A stretch of DNA of 63,228 nt, the filler included, from Octopus bimaculoides (Eukaryota): the NCBI RefSeq assembly GCF_001194135.2. It is 7 parts of 6 records of this genome, joined end to end, with 100 filler letters (N's around TTAATTAATTAA, not from the genome) between each part and the next. Parts side by side here need not be neighbours in the genome. Positions count along the whole stretch, not along the records: positions 4,474 to 28,067 come from NC_069003.1; positions 28,168 to 35,143 come from NC_068987.1; 5 more parts are not named here. One strand, given 5' to 3'. The notes under the pieces were generated by a model. The model had not been told where the DNA came from and made no database searches. It worked only from the letters and a program-made list of their open reading frames with translations. Shown in pieces: positions 23,498-34,045 of this stretch; the stretch's first letter is position 1, and each line of letters opens with the position of its first letter. Made by a program: the position numbers and the translations under genes.

Positions 23498-23755
23498 CAC
23501 AGTTCTATATTTAAGAGATGAGGAATTATGTACATTATTTACATTTGACGAATATTTGTACTCATCTTATTTGTTGTTAACACAGTGACCTGAATAATAA
23601 TATTAATAATAATAATAATAATAACATCGAAAAAACCCTTAGGAATGAGAACCCAGGTACGAAATTTCCCCAAGACACCTGATGAAGGCTGGAGGGTGTA
23701 TCGTTGTGCTAACAACAAACAAGAGGAGGACAAATATCCGTCAAATGTAAATAAT
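23498..23755. mobile_element. Second fold-back hammerhead-tail element, both ribozyme cores damaged
   Basis: Same arms as 17907; TSD GTCCTGA(G/C)CTAA at 23486-23497 / 23756-23767; inserted in Gypsy gag. Confidence 0.88.
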
Positions 23756-24468
23756 GTCCTGACCTAAGTTTACCATTCTTTGACACTCCTCTGCAACTTT
23801 CTGCAGGGTTAAACTTTGGTCCGCTTGTTCAAGTTTTGTGAAAATTCTTGCACGTATCTTCGCATCTTTGTTTGCCACAAGCCCTTGTACAAATATGAGG
23901 CACTTAAACATATTAGGAGCTAGTTCCTTCAGTTTAAAGCTTTCGCACATTCGGTTTACGGTCCCGGCATACGTGACAAAGTCTTCATCCTCTTTTCTAA
24001 CTAGATAACAACACAGCCATCGAGTGTTAAATAGGGAATTCTTATTACTGAATATTTTTGATATTTCCTGAATACAAATTTTATAGGTTTTTTTTGGGTG
24101 GGTGAGATATGAAATTAGAATATTTTTCATGTTCAGCTGGCGCTAATTTACATAGTAGTCTTACTTTTATGTTGTCCGTCTACGACTTGCAATTTTCCCT
24201 GAAGATTTCTCCGTACCTTCTAAAGTATGCCACAAACGCTACACCCTCCTTTGGGTCATAACTGAATTGTGTTATAGAGTTCGATATGTCGTCTGGCGAA
24301 AACGAACTTGTAGTGTTTCTGGACTTCTTAAGACATAGCTACATGAACTGTTGTTGTTTTCCTTGTTGCTGAAGTAGTTGTTTCTGCAACTCCTGTTGCT
24401 GTTATGCAACTGTATTATAGAAGCTAGGTAATCTTCAAGTTTAGGGGGATAAAAAAAATAAATAAAAA

Positions 24469-24637
24469 TATTCAAGGGAAGTAACTGAACGTCTTACCAG
24501 TATTCTCCGTACATCTCTGTTTATAAATAAATCACACACGTGATTTGATTGACGTTAGGATTAGGGTGTGATTTATTTATAAACAGCTAGAAGAAAACGG
24601 ATAATACTGGTAAGTCGTTCAGTTATTTCCCTTGAAT
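24469..24637. mobile_element. Inner palindromic MITE (~70-bp TIRs ATTCAAGGGAA.TAACTGAACG.CTTACCAGTATT)
   Basis: Left and right arms are visibly reverse-complementary around a ~28-nt spacer. Confidence 0.8.
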
Positions 24638-24774
24638 CATCATCATCATCATCATCGTTTAACGTCCGCTTCCCATGCTAGCATGGGTTGGACGATTTGA
24701 CTGAGGACTGGTGCAACCGGATGGCTACACCAGGCTCCAATCTAATTTGGCAGAGTTTCTACTGCTGGATGCCC
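24638..24774 (-). mobile_element. RTE-type 3' tail fragment
   Basis: (CAT)n CGTTTAACGTCCGCTTCCCATGCTAGCATGGGTTGG...GGATGCC. Confidence 0.85.
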
Positions 24775-25233
24775 TTTTATTTATTTTTTTATCCCCCTAA
24801 ACTTGAAGATTACCTAGAAGCTAATAGGTCTTCCATCATTAACAACTTTGTGTCACAAAAAATTGTTAACTGACTTGCGTGAGCTTCGAATCCTCGTCGC
24901 CAATATTGTTGTATCGCCAATATTTACGGCGTTATTTGTTTACACTATAACCGTGTAGTAACAATAAAATATATAAACGAAGCAGGGTAACAACAACGTA
25001 ACAATCCAACAAACTCTCCACGAACCAACAAACGCTGTTCCGACAAACTACCAAAACGACACCTTACGACTTCCTTCGATTAACGCCAACTCTGTTCGTC
25101 TCTCACTCAGACTATTTATAGTCATTCGGTCAAGTCTATTCGCGCAGCGGATGTCGTGACTCTCGCCACAACATCGAGTAAAATGGATGCTTTTTTTATG
25201 CCTTTATAGGAAAGTTGGTTATACATCATTAGA

Positions 25234-25565
25234 TGTATACCTGACCTTCCTATATAAAATTAAGAATATAAACGGAACGCTGAACTCCAGACTATCAACT
25301 TAAACAACACTTTATTCAGGTGGTAAATATATACATCTTTAGTTCTTGTTGTTACAGCTTCTGTTGTGTGTGAGCATAGTTGTTGGGACGTGGGTATGTA
25401 GTTGCAAGCGAGCTGTCGAGTGTAAGTCCGAAAGATGTAGAGAGACAGCTTAACACGTCCATGCTCATGGTCGGCCGACCGTAAAAGAGATAGAATTAAG
25501 CGGGAACGCTTGCTTGTTTAATTCCACGCATGCGTGAGACTACGCATGCGTACGGCGTTACTACA
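25234..25565 (-). mobile_element. Solo-LTR-like segment (TGTAGTAAC...GGTATACA)
   Basis: TG..CA ends, AATAAA near the 3' third on the minus strand; no clean TSD. Confidence 0.5.
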
Positions 25566-25592
25566 CCTTTAAAGATGATGGTACTGCTTGGA

Positions 25593-25625
<33 letters not shown>

Positions 25626-25896
25626 ACATACATGTTTGTACAAGCAAAATCACACATACGTATGTATGTGTACGTAGTAAAGGATTGGGTCTAGTTGACA
25701 CTTTTCGTTTACCTGAGCAGTATGTGGTCGGGAGATAGTCCCCTAGACGCAGAAATACACTTACGCATTCGGAAAGTATTTGTAGCATTTGGGAAGCTTG
25801 AAAAGAGAGTCTGGGAAAATTGCAGCATCATCAATAAGACCAAGATGAGCATTTACAAGGCGTACATACTAACGGCTTTATTACATTCTTCCGAAA

Positions 25897-26480
25897 ATAA
25901 GGCGGCGATGGCAGAATCGTTTTAGTACGCCGGGCAAAATGATTAGCGATATTTCGCCCTTCACAAATTTACGATCGCTTTTTACTTTTCATTTGAAAAG
26001 GAAGGTGTGGCTGGAGAAGAGATGTCTGTCGGAGTGTAACGTTCCAAAAGAGATGGAAGCACGTTGCACGAGTGTTGTGCGTGCAAGGAACCTTGTGAAT
26101 AGACGGAAAAAAAGGTACCAGCGATAGATCGGGGCTTGTGGGGTCGGAGCGTGGCCTGATCATCGCTTCATTTGTATTGTCTCTGTATTGTTAATTTCAT
26201 TCGATTTTTTATATATTTTATTAAATTTTTAAAAGTCATATTTTATGTAAAATCGTACCGATTTACTGATCCCATCAGTTGTTCTGTCCATTTCTATATT
26301 TAGCCCGTGGTGGGCAATAAAGAAATTTGTATTTCGCCCCTCACTACGTTCTGAGGTCGACTTTACCTTTCATCCTTTCGGGGTCGATAAATTAAGTACC
26401 AGTGAAACATTGGGGTCGATGTAATTGTCTAGTCTCCTCCCCCAAATTTCAGGCCTTATGTCTATAATAGAAAGGAATAT
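25897..26480 (+). mobile_element. SINE family C inserted in the RTE and itself interrupted
   Basis: TSD ATTCTTC(C/T)GAAA 25885-25896 / 26481-26492; head at 25897, body resumes at 26345. Confidence 0.88.
25965..26329 (+). mobile_element. 5'-truncated Tx1/L1 3'-end fragment
   Basis: FHLKRKVWLEKRCLSEC..KRW resembles YHLKRKVRVEREVLSSEC.KKRW at the end of the 1999-3812 element; tail TAGCCCGTGGTGGGCAATAAAGAAAT; 15-bp TSD TATTTCGCCC(T/C)TCAC. Confidence 0.85.
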
Positions 26481-26692
26481 ATTCTTCTGAAACATGGACA
26501 GTGCAACTTAGTCATTTCAAGCTATTTGAGCGCTTTCGTCAAAAATGTTTGCGACACATACGCAACATGAAGTGACAAAGTGAAGCACCTGAAACAGAAG
26601 TCTTTGCAAAAGCAGGATGCACAAGCATTCAATCACTCGCCATATCAACTCAGATGCGTTGGGCTGGGCATGTTGTGCATATGGAAGATAAT

Positions 26693-26894
26693 CGGATTCC
26701 AAAGCAGCTGTTCTATGGTGAGCTGTGCGCTCTTCAGCACACATCACAAAAGCGGTACACGGATTCCAAAGCAGCTGTTCTATGGCGAGCTGTGCGCTCT
26801 TCAGCACACATCACAAAAAGCGGTACACGGATTCCAAAGCAGCTGTTCTATGGCGAGCTGTGCGCTCTTCAGCACACATCACAAAAGCGGTACA
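26693..26894 (+). repeat. 67/68/67-bp tandem triplication within the RTE ORF
   Basis: CGGATTCCAAAGCAGCTGTTCTATGG.GAGCTGTGCGCTCTTCAGCACACATCACAAAAGCGGTACA starts at 26693, 26760, 26828. Confidence 0.95.
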
Positions 26895-27632
26895 AAGACT
26901 GTATAAAAGGCAAACTGAAAGAACTGAGAACCAATTTAAGGAACTGAGAGGAAGAACTAGCTTTTAGAAGAGCTGAATGGAAGAAGCGTGTAAAGGAAAG
27001 TTGAAAAACGTTTGAAAAGGGTCACCTTGAGCACGGAAACCTAAAGCGCTGGCTACGGAAGGGCTGATATCAAAACCTCACTGTGCTGCAGGTGTGGAAT
27101 GTTTGGCTGTGTGCTCCTTTGCAAGACTAAGTAAGTCAACTATCTGGAGCCCCATGAACGTTCAAGTGCATGCAACATTACTTTCACTTATTCGCTTCTT
27201 CCATTCGGCTCTTTCCAAAGCCACTTCTTATCAGTTCTTTACGTTGATGTGCAATTCCTTCAAGTTGCCTTTTATGCAGTCTTTGTATCTCTTTTGTGGT
27301 TTGTGCCGAGGACGTCTTTCCTCCTAGACCGTGTGACTCGACGTATGTTGTGTGTGTGTGAAAGGACTTGTAAGTCGGTTTCGACTCTAAAGAGACATAT
27401 GGCGGTTCACAGAGATCATACTTCACAAGGTGATCCGATCAACCCAGTGGAAGTCACAACTTTCGTCTGTTACCTGCTTTTCGAACCAATCAGATCTGCA
27501 GCGGCGTTGAATAGTCATCAGAGAGGTCATAGACAGAAGGTAAGAAAGGCTATTGACAACGAGGAAGCTCAGAGACTGCAATCATCTGTGAAGTTGGAGC
27601 AATCCCTATAAATACATACGTACGTACGTTCA

Positions 27633-27800
27633 TACTCTGTAAAGGTGTTGGCGTTAGTAAGGGTATTCAGCTGTAGAAACCACGCTAAAGTTGACACTGA
27701 AGCTTGGTGCAGCTCTTTAGTTCGTTGGTTTCTGTCAAACTCTCCAACCCATGTCAGCGGGGAAAAAGAAAAAAAGGAACATTAAATTATGCTGATGATA
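27633..27800 (+). mobile_element. Degenerate RTE-type 3' tail
   Basis: GGCGTTAGTAAGGGTATTCAGCTGTAGAAAC..CCAACCCATGTCAGC..GATGAT. Confidence 0.65.
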
Positions 27801-27822
27801 GTCATTATATAAACATAAACAT

Positions 27823-27853
<31 letters not shown>

Positions 27854-27884
27854 CATACATACATACATATATATATATATCTTC

Positions 27885-28010
27885 GAAACGTCGAGTTAGA
27901 ATAGAGGCAGCTGATGAATAATTCCAAGTGGCTTTCTGTTTTCCTATGTGTTCGTGCCGTTGTCTGTAGTTCATTGTTTTAACGTCCTGTACCCTGATAT
28001 GCATCTATAT
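27885..28010 (+). repeat. Unclassified interspersed repeat (family X); homologues at 49700-50016 (-) and probably 9667 onward
   Basis: CTTCGAAACG...GAGG.AGCTGATGAA...GTCCTGTACCC.GATATGCA shared; CAAACAGAAAAGGCTTTAC shared by 9667 and ~49998. Confidence 0.6.
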
Positions 28011-28167
28011 ACACATGTAGATGAAAGTATATACATATATGTGTGTATACATGCATATATATTTTTTNNNNNNNNNNNNNNNNNNNNNNNNNNNNNNNNN
28101 NNNNNNNNNNNTTAATTAATTAANNNNNNNNNNNNNNNNNNNNNNNNNNNNNNNNNNNNNNNNNNNN

Positions 28168-28199
<32 letters not shown>

Positions 28200-28484
28200 T
28201 TGTATGTATATGTTTGCAGAAATAATGCATACTTATATAACATACGTTATATATGCGTATATATTATCCACATACACGCACACACATATATACATATGCA
28301 ACTTATTATATCAATATGTATATGTGTTATATATATATATATATATATATATACGTATGGTACGTATATGTATGTATATATATATGTTTGACTTAGGTAC
28401 ACATACATCTAAATTATGTATATATGTGTCTGTACATATATTATTCTCTCGGATGTTTTGTGTGTGTGTATTTATGTTTGTTCA

Positions 28485-28541
<57 letters not shown>

Positions 28542-28748
28542 TCGTGCGTTTGTGTGTGTGTGTGTATTTGTGTGTACGCGCTGTGAATTTATTCAAGTTT
28601 TATTGAATTGCTAAAGAGAAGCACCGATATCGTGTGTCTAGCACACCTGACGTGGATATTCAGTTATTCAATCGAGTTTCAATAAGGCAAAGCCAAATAA
28701 CAGAGTGAAAGAGAAGGGAGAGGTGAAGGGTGTCTGTAGCAGAGAGAG

Positions 28749-28811
<63 letters not shown>

Positions 28812-29482
28812 GAGAGAGTGAGGGGAAAGGAGTAGGCGGGTAAAAAAAAGAGGTAAAGAAAACAAAGTCAAGGTATGAACGAAGCGATGGGAGGCTTTCC
28901 GTTCTAGCGAATGCTTGTTTATTCGTCACATCAAATATTGGTAGAGAAGGAAAATAAATAGAGAAAAAAAAAAAAAAAAGCGAGAAACTTGTTTTGCTGT
29001 AGAGGCTGACTCATCAGGTTTTTGTTATTGTTCTCGTTGTTGTCGTTGTTGTTGTTTTTGCTGGGACTATATATATATATATTTATATATATATCTGATA
29101 GGAAAGAAGAAAGCCGTACAATTTGATGTGTATATGTTTACGTTTTGTCCTTGTGTTTTTGCATCCAGTACAATCGTAGAGTTGTACTGTTGTACAGATG
29201 GACTTAAAACATATGAATTAAGGAAAAAATCTAATGCAACGAGTACATATTTGCATATTCTGCAATGCAAGCAAGATCTTGAGCTCGGCTAGCGTAATTT
29301 AATCAAGATAAACTGAAAGTAGAAGGTGAAACGCTTGTGTGATAACTATGATACATGCATATATGTATAGGTATACAGACATAAACATCACACATACACA
29401 CACACACATACGTACACATAGATGATATATATGTGCATGTATGTACATATATACATTTATATACATAATATATATGTGTATG

Positions 29483-29517
<35 letters not shown>

Positions 29518-29974
29518 GCATTTATATACACATTGGTATACATAATATATATGTATAAATGTGTGTATATGTATATACACATATGTACATGCATACATAT
29601 ATGTATATGTATGTATGTATGTATGTATGTATATATATATATATCTGTGTATGTAAGGTTTGCTTGTTTTCCAAATAAATTACATCTTAACAAAGAGACG
29701 GACGCAGGGAATTAAAGATTATGCTACATTGCCAGCTCCCCAAAGTTATGGATCTTTCTTCGAAGAATTTAAAGAATTGAAATAAAAACAAAAGGGTAAC
29801 ACATTCATACTCACATACTCCCCCCACACACACACATATATACATACATATATTTATACACACATACAATATTCTTTCACTTGATGCGATGAATCGATGA
29901 AATAGCTATCAATGAAACGTGGTTGTCTTTATGGATCTGCTAAACAGATATCACTAGAAAATTGAGCCTTGGAG

Positions 29975-30099
29975 AAACCTTAGATATAGGTTCACTCCCA
30001 GTACCCGGCACTTTGGACAAGTGTCTTCAACTATAGCATCGGATCGACCAATGCTTTGTGAGTGAATTATGTAAACGGAAACTGTGTAGAAGCTCGTCG

Positions 30100-30100
<1 letters not shown>
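29975..30100 (+). mobile_element. SINE family B, 5' half
   Basis: GGTTCACTCCC, CTTTGGACAAGTGTCTTC, GGAAACTGTGTAGAAGCTCGTCG. Confidence 0.7.
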
Positions 30101-30142
<42 letters not shown>

Positions 30143-31224
30143 NNNNNNNNNNNNNNNNNNNNNNNNNNNNNNNNNNNNNNNNNNNNNNNNNNNNNNNNNN
30201 NNNNNNNNNNNNNNNNNNNNNNNNNNNNNNNNNNNNNNNNNNNNNNNNNNNNNNNNNNNNNNNNNNNNNNNNNNNNNNNNNNNNNNNNNNNNNNNNNNNN
30301 NNNNNNNNNNNNNNNNNNNNNNNNNNNNNNNNNNNNNNNNNNNNNNNNNNNNNNNNNNNNNNNNNNNNNNNNNNNNNNNNNNNNNNNNNNNNNNNNNNNN
30401 NNNNNNNNNNNNNNNNNNNNNNNNNNNNNNNNNNNNNNNNNNNNNNNNNNNNNNNNNNNNNNNNNNNNNNNNNNNNNNNNNNNNNNNNNNNNNNNNNNNN
30501 NNNNNNNNNNNNNNNNNNNNNNNNNNNNNNNNNNNNNNNNNNNNNNNNNNNNNNNNNNNNNNNNNNNNNNNNNNNNNNNNNNNNNNNNNNNNNNNNNNNN
30601 NNNNNNNNNNNNNNNNNNNNNNNNNNNNNNNNNNNNNNNNNNNNNNNNNNNNNNNNNNNNNNNNNNNNNNNNNNNNNNNNNNNNNNNNNNNNNNNNNNNN
30701 NNNNNNNNNNNNNNNNNNNNNNNNNNNNNNNNNNNNNNNNNNNNNNNNNNNNNNNNNNNNNNNNNNNNNNNNNNNNNNNNNNNNNNNNNNNNNNNNNNNN
30801 NNNNNNNNNNNNNNNNNNNNNNNNNNNNNNNNNNNNNNNNNNNNNNNNNNNNNNNNNNNNNNNNNNNNNNNNNNNNNNNNNNNNNNNNNNNNNNNNNNNN
30901 NNNNNNNNNNNNNNNNNNNNNNNNNNNNNNNNNNNNNNNNNNNNNNNNNNNNNNNNNNNNNNNNNNNNNNNNNNNNNNNNNNNNNNNNNNNNNNNNNNNN
31001 NNNNNNNNNNNNNNNNNNNNNNNNNNNNNGTGTGTGTGTGTGTGTGTGTGTATGTGTGTGTGTGTGTGTATGTGTTTGTGTGTGTATGTGTTTGTGTGTG
31101 TGTGTGTGTGTGTGTTTGCGTTTGTGTGTATATATGTATGAATATGTTGGTGTGTATATATTTATGTGCATAAGTATACGTGTGTGCGAGTATGTGTGTG
31201 TGTATGGGTCTCCTTGTGTTTGTG

Positions 31225-31410
31225 CTTGTCTTCAACCACCTCTTAACAACTAGTTTGTGTACGTACCCGTAACTTAGCGGTCCGGCAAAAGAGGCTAATA
31301 GAATAAGTACCAGGCATAAAAATAACTACTGTAGTCGGTTTGTTAAACTAAACCCTTAAATGCGGTGACCCCAGAATGGTCGCAGTCCAATGACTAAAGC
31401 AAGTAGGTAT
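31225..31410 (+). mobile_element. SINE family B, 3' half
   Basis: CCCGTAACTTAGCGGTCCGGCAAAAGAG..AGAATAAGTACCAGG..ATGACTAAAGCAAGTA. Confidence 0.7.
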
Positions 31411-31419
31411 CAGTGTCCA

Positions 31420-31890
31420 TGACCTCTAATAGTTTAACATCAATCCTATCGATTCAATGCCTGTTTTCTTGATGCTCTTCTCCTGCAGTAGCGATGCTAG
31501 GGACGAGGGTGAATCACCCTGTGTGTACCACCCTGGGTGAACCACCCTGGGTGATGCTTTTATGATGACATTGGCACCATTGGGATCTTCAGTATAAGCC
31601 TTGGCAGAAGTTAGTGGGTGTGGAGACAAACTCATAGGCTGCTCCAGATGGCACACCCTCTACTTACACCCTGTTCTCTTCATCTCTGTAAGGCCCAGGC
31701 GTTCATGGCCCTTAGTGTATGATTTGCGATCTCACGACTGCCAACCTCCGCAAGCACATACCTTACTCTCCACTCATTCTTGCAGCAATCTTTAACCAAC
31801 TCCTGGTCCTTAGCTTTCTTGCTCTCTTATATCTCCTCTATTCTCTCGTCCCAGGGCACAAAGTTTATTATAGCCATTATCAAATATTCT
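31420..31890 (-). mobile_element. HERO/NeSL-like RLE non-LTR element, 3' fragment
   Basis: INFVPWDERIEEI*ESKKAKDQELVKDCCKNEWRVRYVLAEVGSRE resembles ELTVPWEE....ERK..KY..L......GW.......VEVG.RG. Confidence 0.55.
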
Positions 31891-32538
31891 TTCAGTCATT
31901 CAAAGATCTACTAAACACGAGCAACCCTCAACTTCAGTGAGTGTTAGGTGTCTAATAGACTCGAACATGTTTGAATTTATAAACCGAAATTACCAAACTT
32001 CATGCATCCTTCTCGCTGCTTTTTTTTCCATTTTTTAAAAATAATTCGGATACCAGTGTTATCTCCCTTGACTTTCTTAAGTTGATTAAATCTAATTCAT
32101 TTTATATTTTCTTCATTAAGGCGGCCATTTTAATTGATTAAAAATTCTTTTGGTCCACATCATTAAGCTTGTTAGTCGCCTTTGTTACACTTTGCTATAA
32201 TTATATTCCATTTCTCCATCTTGGGGGAATGCTGGTTTAGTAAAATATTTGTGAAGTGGGAATATTCCATTGATGTCAACTGGCATAATCTGCTTGTAAT
32301 GTAATACAAGGCAAATGAATCCAGCATGTACACACATATTTGCATGAAAGTATTTCATTTGAATCTATTGATTTCTTTTGTGAATGCCCTGAGCCCCGAC
32401 AAAAGCTGAGAAAAGAGGTGTTGTGTCATGTCTTTCTCAAGGGGAATGGTGACATAAGAATTTTTTGTTGTTGCATGGTATTCTCTACAATTAATTCAAC
32501 ACAGTATTATTCATAAAACACATACCTCAGTGGGTGTA

Positions 32539-32610
<72 letters not shown>

Positions 32611-33316
32611 NNNNNNNNNNNNNNNNNNNNNNNNNNNNNNNNNNNNNNNNNNNNNNNNNNNNNNNNNNNNNNNNNNNNNNNNNNNNNNNNNNNNNNNNNN
32701 NNNNNNNNNNNNNNNNNNNNNNNNNNNNNNNNNNNNNNNNNNNNNNNNNNNNNNNNNNNNNNNNNNNNNNNNNNNNNNNNNNNNNNNNNNNNNNNNNNNN
32801 NNNNNNNNNNNNNNNNNNNNNNNNNNNNNNNNNNNNNNNNNNNNNNNNNNNNNNNNNNNNNNNNNNNNNNNNNNNNNNNNNNNNNNNNNNNNNNNNNNNN
32901 NNNNNNNNNNNNNNNNNNNNNNNNNNNNNNNNNNNNNNNNNNNNNNNNNNNNNNNNNNNNNNNNNNNNNNNNNNNNNNNNNNNNNNNNNNNNNNNNNNNN
33001 NNNNNNNNNNNNNNNNNNNNNNNNNNNNNNNNNNNNNNNNNNNNNNNNNNNNNNNNNNNNNNNNNNNNNNNNNNNNNNNNNNNNNNNNNNNNNNNNNNNN
33101 NNNNNNNNNNNNNNNNNNNNNNNNNNNNNNNNNNNNNNNNNNNNNNNNNNNNNNNNNNNNNNNNNNNNNNNNNNNNNNNNNNNNNNNNNNNNNNNNNNNN
33201 NNNNNNNNNNNNNNNNNNNNNNNNNNNNNNNNNNNNNNNNNNNNNNNNNNNNNNNNNNNNNNNNNCCCTTCGTCATGGCCGGTATGACAGACTTTAACAG
33301 ACATATAAATGAGAGA

Positions 33317-33358
<42 letters not shown>

Positions 33359-33834
33359 GGGAGAGAGAGAGAACGGAGACAGAAAGAAGTGAAAGTGGGT
33401 GAAACTTAATCCCTAAATTCATAGCGATGAATAAGCAGCGTGCTTACTTATATTTCTCATTTTCACCAAAACAGTGTCTCTGTATTTTGTTCTTTTTAAG
33501 AAAGGATTAGGAAAGACGATTTCGGATGCATGAATGTGGCTTGAGTAGGCTTAAAAGAAAAAAGGCACCTGACATGTATATGGGATTTATTATCTTGAGA
33601 GGAACAACCCCAGGTTATACTACAGCATTACAACAACAGCATCCACTGAGATCGGAAATTATGTGACTATAATGGAACTTTTACATTCTCGCTTGAAATA
33701 TTAGATGCAATAACCGAGTGTTCCTTAAACTAGGCCTTGTTGCTTTGAAATACAGAATGAATACACATGTTAACGTAAGCCTAGATACACTGTTCCCCAA
33801 AAGAAAAGAGATAACAATAGTCACGACAGGAATG

Positions 33835-34045
33835 TCTTCGACTGTAGAACTGCGCCCATGCTGGGACACCGCCCCGAAGATATTTTGTCGAACAAATCAA
33901 TCCCAGCATTTTATTTTATTTTTCAAATGTGGGAATTACTCTATCGGTCTCTTTTGCTAAAGTGCTAGGTTACTGGGAGGTAAATAAACCAGCATCGGTT
34001 GTCAAGCAATATCTAGGGTGACAGTGACAGACACAAAGACTAATA
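33835..34045 (-). mobile_element. SINE family B, 3' half
   Basis: CCATGCTGG..TCTATCGGTCTCTTTTGC..CCAGCATCGGTTGTCAAGC. Confidence 0.7.

Larger units (their letters stand above)
24427..24814. mobile_element. MITE with ~40-bp TIRs (GGTAATCTTCAAG...) and 9-bp TSD, Merlin-like or MULE-like
   Basis: 24427-24466 is the reverse complement of 24776-24814; TAGAAGCTA at 24418-24426 and 24815-24823. Confidence 0.8.
21363..25173 (-). mobile_element. Ty3/Gypsy (Mag-type, K02A2.6-like) LTR retrotransposon, 3'-truncated and degenerate
   Basis: 5' LTR 24907-25173 (TGTTGT..ACAACA), PBS TGGCGACGAGG, gag (YDPKEGVAF, CLIFVQGL, two CCHC knuckles), protease LQLDT.SD, RT (KWVAPTV, YPLP, YLDD), RNase H (SDASEYSIG, ANR.QRW); no integrase or 3' LTR seen. 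Confidence 0.9.
25690..27600 (+). mobile_element. RTE-clade LINE 3' portion, with nested insertions, triplication and C2H2-like tail
   Basis: FVYLSS..LDAEIHLRIRK..AFGKLEKRVW..TKMSIYKA.IL.ALLHSSE|TW; MRWAGHVVHMEDNRIPKQLFYGEL; CERTCKSVSTLKRHMAVH. Confidence 0.88.

Noticed and set aside
26693-26894. Regularly spaced repeats as a possible CRISPR-like array (also 45665-45880)
   Set aside because: Head-to-tail tandem units without unique spacers, in eukaryotic retroelement context; no cas genes
28600-29070. Promoter-like island (TGACGT and TGACTCA motifs, (GA)n)
   Set aside because: Short motifs are expected by chance and there is no associated exon or ORF evidence
29954-31253. Long ORFs in the supplied track (also 32507-33409, 42307-43530, 52918-54197 and the many YI/HT/VC-rich ORFs)
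   Set aside because: They are translations of N gaps and dinucleotide microsatellites
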